IMG/VR virus record: IMGVR_UViG_3300028394_000035
Strand: one strand, 5' to 3'
DNA from: a virus
DNA: 64,000 nt
Below, one piece after another: positions 57,584 to 64,000 of the stretch (positions are counted from its first letter, which is position 1; each line of letters opens with the position of its first letter). Under the pieces are notes generated by a model that was not told the DNA's origin, did no database searches, and was given only the letters and a program-made list of their open reading frames with translations. A program made the translations under genes and the position numbers.

Positions 57584-57925
57584 ATGGCTCTAGTACTTAA
57601 TGTATTTAAAACAGTTGTTGGGATTGTATCAACAAGTCCAACAACAGTATATACCGCACCTATTGGTTATACTGGTGTTGTTCTTTTAGCTCAAGTCGCA
57701 AATATTGGGGCATCTTCGTATGATGTTTCATTATCACATCAAAGAAGTGTAGTTGGAGTAGCAGTTACTACAGAAATGTTAAAACAATATCCAATCTCGG
57801 CAAATGATACTGCAAATCTTCTTACCGGAAAGTTAGTCTTGGAAAGTGGAGATAAGTTAGTCTTATCTGGTAGTAATGCATCCAATTTGAAATTCATTGG
57901 TAGTATTTTAGAAACTCTTAACTAA
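57584..57925 (+). CDS. Small virion protein, paralog of 40158..40811
   Basis: VYTAP.G...VLLAQVANI, KLVLESGD and SILE motifs. Confidence 0.75.
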   Translation: MALVLNVFKTVVGIVSTSPTTVYTAPIGYTGVVLLAQVANIGASSYDVSLSHQRSVVGVAVTTEMLKQYPISANDTANLLTGKLVLESGDKLVLSGSNASNLKFIGSILETLN

Positions 57926-57934
57926 TACACATAA

Positions 57935-60900
57935 ATGGCTAAGTTTCTCAGCGGAAGACAATCTAATTTCAATATCGGTATAAAATCTTATACCGAGAGT
58001 AAAACAGTTTTACAAACAATCGGTAAGGTTGGTATTGGGACTACAAATGCTGGAAACTATTCACTTTATGTGGTTGGTGATGCAAATGTTAGTGGTATTG
58101 TAAGTGCTTCTGCATTTTATGGTAATATATTTGCTGGTGTAGCAACTATAACATCCCTAACTAGTACTAATCTCAACGTATTGGGAGTTTCCACACTCAC
58201 CACTCTTTCTGTTGGTGGAACTACTGGTACTAGCGGTCAATATTTAAAATCAACTGGAACGGGACTTGTTTGGTCTAATTTTACTTCATTAAGAAGTGTT
58301 TATAGTTATATTTCAACTGAAGGACAAAAACAATTTGTTGCTTCTGGAATTAATACTGGTTATGTAGATGTATTCCTAAATGGTATTCGTTTAGATGATA
58401 TAAATTATTCTATTATTGGAACTGGAGTTAGTTTAGGCGTTGGTGCTTTTAATCAAGATGAAATCACAATAATAGGATTTAATACTGTAAATGCTGGTAG
58501 TGGCGGGAGTGGGTCAAGTTCTCAAACACTAGACCAAACATTAGCACTTGGAAATTCTTCTGCTCTTGGAATGTCGGTTGGTGTCATAACTGCAACTAAT
58601 TTTGTAGGAAATGGTTCTGGACTTACTGGAATTATTGCAGCAGGAACTGGAATTGTTATTAAAGATGATGGAGTTCTGGTTGGTACTGCATCTACGATAG
58701 ATTTTGGTGCTAATCTATCAGTATCTCCAATATCTGCTGGTGTTGTTACTGTAACTGCATCTGGTGGAAGTTCTGGTATTGCTACTTATGCTACTAATGC
58801 AGGTATTGCAACTTATGCTTCTAGTGCCGGAATAGCAACTTATGCGACATCAGCAGGTATAGCAACTTATGCAACGTCAGCAGGAATTACCACCTCTGGA
58901 GATTATGCTCAAAGCGGTGCTACCAGTGCTTATGCAACTAAACGAGTTTTACAATATAACGAAACAACCAAAGCTGTCACATATAGCAATACTCTAGATG
59001 CCGTAAGAGCATACATTACCGGATATGGTCCAGAAATCCACGTTAGTCCTGTTGCTTTTGATGATACTGGTAACGGAACTATTGGTGACCCTGTTAAGAC
59101 TATCGCCCGAGCGCAAGTATTAGCAACCTTGGCATTTGAAACAACTGGTGTCGGTGAAAGAAAAACAATTATTTTGCATCCTGGAGATTATGCAGAAAAT
59201 GTAACTATTGACACTCAGTTCACTGTTTTAACCACTCACGAGTTGGTGGGTAAAAATACCACACTATCTGGTACTTTGACTATTACCAAAGGGTGTACCA
59301 TTAATGGTCTGAAGATGAACAATCTTGTCATCTCAGCAACTTCAGCAACTGGTTCAGTTGATATTATTGGTTGTACGGTAACAACAGCAACAACAAAAAC
59401 ATCATCAGCATACACAGTTTTTAGAGGATGTGATTTATCTTCATCTTCATTAAGCATTACCGGTACTGGCACAGTTATACTGGTTGGTGGTAATTATTTT
59501 ACTGTTACTGTAAATAATGCTGCTGCCGCAGTTTTGTCTAAAGCAGTTGTTAGTATGGGTCCAGTAACCCTAACAGCAGGAACACTGCAACTTTCTGATA
59601 CACTTGTGTATTCCGCCACTAATACATCTAATGCCATAACGCAAAGTGCAGGGTCGGTATTAACATTAAACAACAGTCAAACATTAATACCAACTTTAAC
59701 AAATGTAGCAAGAAATAGTTTTGGTGGATTTTATTCTATTTTACACTCTGTTTATGATAAACCTAACTCTACATTTGGTGGCACATCATTAAACTCCATT
59801 TCGTACAGTCAATACATAAATGTTGATAGAATTGGTATAGGAACTACTAATGCAACTTCAAGTTTATATGTCGTTGGTGATGAATATGTAACTGGTGTTG
59901 TAACTGCCACAACATTCTATGGGACCTTTAGTGGCAATGCTGCAACTGCTACCTTTGCAACTTCAAGTGGAATAGCAACCTTTGCTACTAATGCTGGTAT
60001 TGCAACTTATGCGACATCAGCAGGAATTGCAACTTATGCGACTAATGCAGGTATTGCTACTTATGCTACTACTGCTGGTATTGCTACTTATACATCAGAA
60101 TGGATTTTAGGTGCTGTTGGAAGTTCAGATTACACCTTCACCGGACCAGGATTTACTGGTGCCGAAAATGATCCAGTATTGTATCTGGCAAGAGGTCAAC
60201 AATATAAATTTACGAATACGATGGGAATGCACCCATTTAGAATACAAAGCACCGTAAATGGATCTACTGGAACTCAATATAATGATGGGATTGCTAATAA
60301 TGATGTCTCCAACGGAACTCTAACTTGGAATGTTCAGTTTGATACACCAAGTCTTTTATATTACCAGTGTACTGCTCATTCAGGTATGGGTGGTAAGATT
60401 TATATTATTGATGCTGGAATTGGAACAGATGTAAGCATTAATACTACAGGCATCATAAGTGCTACAACATTTTATGGAAATCTTGTTGGTTCAATCACAA
60501 ATGCAACAAATCTCACAGGTGGTTATGCAAATGCATCACAATTAAATGTATCTGGAGTTGCAACAATTTCTCAAGGTAGAATACAGGTAGATGCATCGTC
60601 TAACTTAAGATTTGGTAATATTGCAGCAGGTTCGGGAAGTGGTAGAAATATTGCGATTGGAGATCAGGTTCTTTATTCATTAAGTAGTGGTCAAGGTAGA
60701 AATATTGGTATTGGTGAATTATCATACTATGATACTACAAGTGGGCAATACAATATTGGACTTGGTATTCAGGCAGGTCAAAAGATTACTACTGGTAATT
60801 ATAATGTTATTCTTGGTGGATATGATGGTCAGACTGGATTAGATATTCGCACCTCATCAAATAATGTGGTGATTGCCGACGGTCAAGGAAATATAAGACA

Positions 60901-62011
60901 ATATATTAATTCTTCTGGTAATGTTGGCATCAAAACTACTGTTATTACAGAAGCACTTACAGTTGCTGGTATTGTGTCAGCAACAAGTTTCTATGGAACA
61001 CTCAATGCTGGGCAACTGACTGGATCACTTCCTGCGATTAATGGTAGTGCCCTGATAGGAGTTGTTGGCAGTGGTAGTGGTATAATCATCCAAGGGAATG
61101 GAACACCCGTAGGGACCGCAGGAACCATCAACTTTGCATCTAATCTTAATGTCACCTTTGCTTCTGGTATTGCGACTGTTTCTGGAACTGGATTAGCAAC
61201 TTATGCAAATGTTGCTGGAATATCAACTTATGCAACAAGTTCTGGAGTATCTACAACATCAGGAACTGCTAATTATGCAACAAGTTCTGGTGTGTCTACA
61301 ACATCTGTAACTGCTGGTTATGCGACAACCGCAGGAATATCAAGTGCAGTTTCGGCATCTATTAATATTAATACCACAGGCATTATCACAGCAACATCAT
61401 TCTCTGGATCTGGATCTGGTCTTACAAATCTTCCAGCAGCACAACTCACAGGAACATTACCTGCGATTGATGGTTCTGCACTTCTTAACGTAACAGCAGC
61501 AGGAACTGGTATTGCTATTCGTGATGATAACTCAAATATTGGATCTGCAACTACTGTTAATTTTGGAACTGGACTTGATGTTACATTTAGTGCTGGTATT
61601 GCAACAATCACGGCATCTGGTGGTTCTCTACAATCAAGAACCACAGTATCTGGTGTTACTACATCTATTGCAAATAATGGAATTGGCAATACAAATATTA
61701 CTGGATTTAAATCTTATGGTCTTATGAAAGTTGGTCTTTCTACTGCAGGTTGGTTAAGACTATATACTGATAGCACATCAAGAACAAATGATATCTCAAG
61801 AAGTGTTGGAGAAGATCCTGCACCAGGAAGTGGAGTGATTGCTGAAGTTGTAACTACTGGTATTACAACTACTCAAATCATATCTCCTTTTGTAATGGGT
61901 GGAAATTTGGATAATTCTCCAACAACTACAATATACGCGGCAATTAAAAATCTTTCTGGTTCTACTCAAGCAATTACTGCTAACCTAACCATTCTCCAAT
62001 TAGAGGCATAA
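57935..62011 (+). CDS. Tail fibre protein
   Basis: MAKFLSGR N-terminus, AGIATYAT 9-aa repeats, cupredoxin-like LYLARGQQYKF...LYYQCTAHSGMGG module. Confidence 0.8.
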   Translation: MAKFLSGRQSNFNIGIKSYTESKTVLQTIGKVGIGTTNAGNYSLYVVGDANVSGIVSASAFYGNIFAGVATITSLTSTNLNVLGVSTLTTLSVGGTTGTSGQYLKSTGTGLVWSNFTSLRSVYSYISTEGQKQFVASGINTGYVDVFLNGIRLDDINYSIIGTGVSLGVGAFNQDEITIIGFNTVNAGSGGSGSSSQTLDQTLALGNSSALGMSVGVITATNFVGNGSGLTGIIAAGTGIVIKDDGVLVGTASTIDFGANLSVSPISAGVVTVTASGGSSGIATYATNAGIATYASSAGIATYATSAGIATYATSAGITTSGDYAQSGATSAYATKRVLQYNETTKAVTYSNTLDAVRAYITGYGPEIHVSPVAFDDTGNGTIGDPVKTIARAQVLATLAFETTGVGERKTIILHPGDYAENVTIDTQFTVLTTHELVGKNTTLSGTLTITKGCTINGLKMNNLVISATSATGSVDIIGCTVTTATTKTSSAYTVFRGCDLSSSSLSITGTGTVILVGGNYFTVTVNNAAAAVLSKAVVSMGPVTLTAGTLQLSDTLVYSATNTSNAITQSAGSVLTLNNSQTLIPTLTNVARNSFGGFYSILHSVYDKPNSTFGGTSLNSISYSQYINVDRIGIGTTNATSSLYVVGDEYVTGVVTATTFYGTFSGNAATATFATSSGIATFATNAGIATYATSAGIATYATNAGIATYATTAGIATYTSEWILGAVGSSDYTFTGPGFTGAENDPVLYLARGQQYKFTNTMGMHPFRIQSTVNGSTGTQYNDGIANNDVSNGTLTWNVQFDTPSLLYYQCTAHSGMGGKIYIIDAGIGTDVSINTTGIISATTFYGNLVGSITNATNLTGGYANASQLNVSGVATISQGRIQVDASSNLRFGNIAAGSGSGRNIAIGDQVLYSLSSGQGRNIGIGELSYYDTTSGQYNIGLGIQAGQKITTGNYNVILGGYDGQTGLDIRTSSNNVVIADGQGNIRQYINSSGNVGIKTTVITEALTVAGIVSATSFYGTLNAGQLTGSLPAINGSALIGVVGSGSGIIIQGNGTPVGTAGTINFASNLNVTFASGIATVSGTGLATYANVAGISTYATSSGVSTTSGTANYATSSGVSTTSVTAGYATTAGISSAVSASININTTGIITATSFSGSGSGLTNLPAAQLTGTLPAIDGSALLNVTAAGTGIAIRDDNSNIGSATTVNFGTGLDVTFSAGIATITASGGSLQSRTTVSGVTTSIANNGIGNTNITGFKSYGLMKVGLSTAGWLRLYTDSTSRTNDISRSVGEDPAPGSGVIAEVVTTGITTTQIISPFVMGGNLDNSPTTTIYAAIKNLSGSTQAITANLTILQLEA

Positions 62012-62017
62012 AAACAA

Positions 62018-63958
62018 ATGGCAATTACTACTAGCACTTTTACAGTTAATGCCGGATGGGCAAAATCCAGTATCATTACACAGATGGAATCTGCCATGAC
62101 ATCTTTAGGATGGAATGATGGAACTCAAACTGGTCAAATAATTGGATTAGGAACTTTTTTTGGAGGTGGAAACAAATCGGATGCCGAAACTTATTATGAC
62201 ATAAGACAAAAATCAACGAGTGGTGTCGGAACAGATGCGAGTTTTTATGTTTATAGAGATACACTTAATGTTAGATATGTTCTTATAAATCGTCCTGGAT
62301 ATGGATATACTGGAGGAGAACTTGTTGTTCTTGATGGAGATAGTATTGGTGGAATTTCAAGTGGAGCTGCTGATTTATCATTCAAAGTTTGTGTAAATGA
62401 AACTCTAACCGGTGGTACTACTGGTACGGCAAGCACCATAAAGATAACAGATATAGCGTATGTTAATAGTATATACAAATACGTCTTTAGTGGAAATGAT
62501 AGGAATGGTGCTATTGGTGCCGGTCAGACAATTATGGTCGTAAATGAGGGTGATGTTGTAAGTATTGCTAATAGTAACACTGGTAGTGGTAATTCTTATC
62601 CCCCTGCTCTTGCACTCGCATTTCCTGTCGGTAATACTGGTTATGCTGCCGCCGCAACTGGGCAGATTGCTGGTATTGCTCCGACTATTTCACTAGGCAC
62701 AACTAGTATTTTTAGACCTAAAATTGGACAGGCAGGAACATATGTTTTTAAAAGTGCCAGTAACAATCTTGGTGGGGTTGGTCATACTTTAGGTCAATTG
62801 ATTATTCAACCTTGGGATGGTAGTGGTACTCGAACTCCTGTTGGTATTGGAAGTACAAGTACATTTTTGGATAAAAACTTAAGTGGAACATATCCTTGGG
62901 GAGTACAAAAACACCAAATTCAGGCAGGTAAAAGATATGGATCTACATATCGTGGTTTTGTAGAATATGCTGCTGGGTATCTTGATATTGTAACTTTTAA
63001 TGGATATAGTTCTTATTCTGGTGGAGAATACTATGGTAATACTGATACTCTAAATCAAGCTAATTATGATCGACACGGTGGAACAGCAGATAAAAGAAGA
63101 ATGGCAGGAGCACCTAACTTAGATTTTCCAGGTCAATCGGCTAGTATTCTTAATACTGCAATTTCTTTTGAAACTGCAGGCATTACAGATAATTATGCTC
63201 GTCTTGCCCGAATAAATCACGGAACAAATACTGGATATATTTTAGATTTGAATTTATTTAAATCTGGACTTGATCCCAGATTTGTTGTTTTTTCTTATAA
63301 ATCTCCAAACCTATCATCCACTCATCTCACGACTAATACCTTTGATACTTGGTTTTTCCATAATTTTACTACAAATATTTGGGATCTTAACCATGTATTC
63401 CTTGGTGGATTGACTCAAATTATACCAGAAACTGGTAATACAGAATATCCAAGGATTACATTTAGAACATATTTGACAACTAAAGATAATAGCGGGTATT
63501 CCAGTATTAAACGAAGTGCCGAATTCCCATATTCAGAATACCGTGGATATACTACCCCAGGTGAAGAAAATTATGTTGATTGGACTGTCGAAAGTAATAC
63601 ATATCCTCAAAACGGGTCACCTTATAACGCAAGAATGTACTATCGATCTAATGACAATCCTCTTGGATTTACTGGATATCAAGATATTGATATAACTCCA
63701 CAAGGTAGAATATCATCAGAGGCAAACTTTAATGCTGCTATAAAAGGATTACCACTCAACGGTCAATTGCTTCCAGTTCCTTATTATATGCCAGATGATT
63801 TTGTTCTAATTCAGTTTCATTATAATACAGCATCTGCAAATATTCAACAGGGAGATACAATTACGATTAGTGGTAGTGAAGTTTATACTGTGATTACTGG
63901 TTCTTATAATCAAACCACAACTACTCGTGGTATTCTCTTCTGTGCGAGAACAGTATAA
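62018..63958 (+). CDS. Hypothetical virion structural protein
   Basis: 646-aa ORF with Gly/Thr-rich beta composition in the tail gene block. Confidence 0.7.
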   Translation: MAITTSTFTVNAGWAKSSIITQMESAMTSLGWNDGTQTGQIIGLGTFFGGGNKSDAETYYDIRQKSTSGVGTDASFYVYRDTLNVRYVLINRPGYGYTGGELVVLDGDSIGGISSGAADLSFKVCVNETLTGGTTGTASTIKITDIAYVNSIYKYVFSGNDRNGAIGAGQTIMVVNEGDVVSIANSNTGSGNSYPPALALAFPVGNTGYAAAATGQIAGIAPTISLGTTSIFRPKIGQAGTYVFKSASNNLGGVGHTLGQLIIQPWDGSGTRTPVGIGSTSTFLDKNLSGTYPWGVQKHQIQAGKRYGSTYRGFVEYAAGYLDIVTFNGYSSYSGGEYYGNTDTLNQANYDRHGGTADKRRMAGAPNLDFPGQSASILNTAISFETAGITDNYARLARINHGTNTGYILDLNLFKSGLDPRFVVFSYKSPNLSSTHLTTNTFDTWFFHNFTTNIWDLNHVFLGGLTQIIPETGNTEYPRITFRTYLTTKDNSGYSSIKRSAEFPYSEYRGYTTPGEENYVDWTVESNTYPQNGSPYNARMYYRSNDNPLGFTGYQDIDITPQGRISSEANFNAAIKGLPLNGQLLPVPYYMPDDFVLIQFHYNTASANIQQGDTITISGSEVYTVITGSYNQTTTTRGILFCARTV

Positions 63959-64000
63959 TGGCAGATTATAGTTTCTTATCATTAACTACTGCAATTGTTG
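63958..64000 (+). CDS. Start of the next ORF, truncated by the window end
   Basis: TAATG overlap; MADYSFLSLTTAIV. Confidence 0.5.
   Translation, partial: MADYSFLSLTTAIV

Noticed and set aside
1-64000. tRNA genes, group I introns and inteins
   Set aside because: No cloverleaf or TTC-loop pattern was seen in the short intergenic gaps, and psbA, psbD, thyX, phoH and gp32 are continuous and of normal length. This was an eye scan only; tRNAscan-SE or Infernal would be decisive.

Overview
AT-rich fragment of a T4-like cyanomyovirus genome (Kyanoviridae-like; a freshwater picocyanobacterial host is plausible but inferred). From 5' to 3': a glycosyltransferase cluster (about 1-4.4 kb); a secreted SLH/beta-barrel outer-membrane protein and hli; a lysis-type locus (C39-like peptidase followed by a start-less GH24 lysozyme frame); putative virion proteins; psbA-ORF-psbD-HNH; conserved cyanophage small ORFs with glutaredoxin, an LpxH-like phosphoesterase, thyX, phoH, exonuclease, gp33, gp59 and gp32; the baseplate block (gp53, gp48, gp2, gp4 on minus; gp54-like, gp26, gp51, two tape-measure-like hydrolase proteins, gp27-like, split gp5); and about 28 kb of large repeat-rich tail-fibre/virion genes. 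The strongest unexplained signal is a canonical -1 ribosomal frameshift cassette (A_AAA_AAG, immediate stop, 9-bp hairpin 8 nt downstream) that would fuse the C39 peptidase to the lysozyme. A second candidate -1 site (T_TTT_TTC) links gp26 to gp51. No tRNA, rRNA, CRISPR array, intron, intein or DGR was seen. All calls come from reading motifs by eye; no database searches were run.
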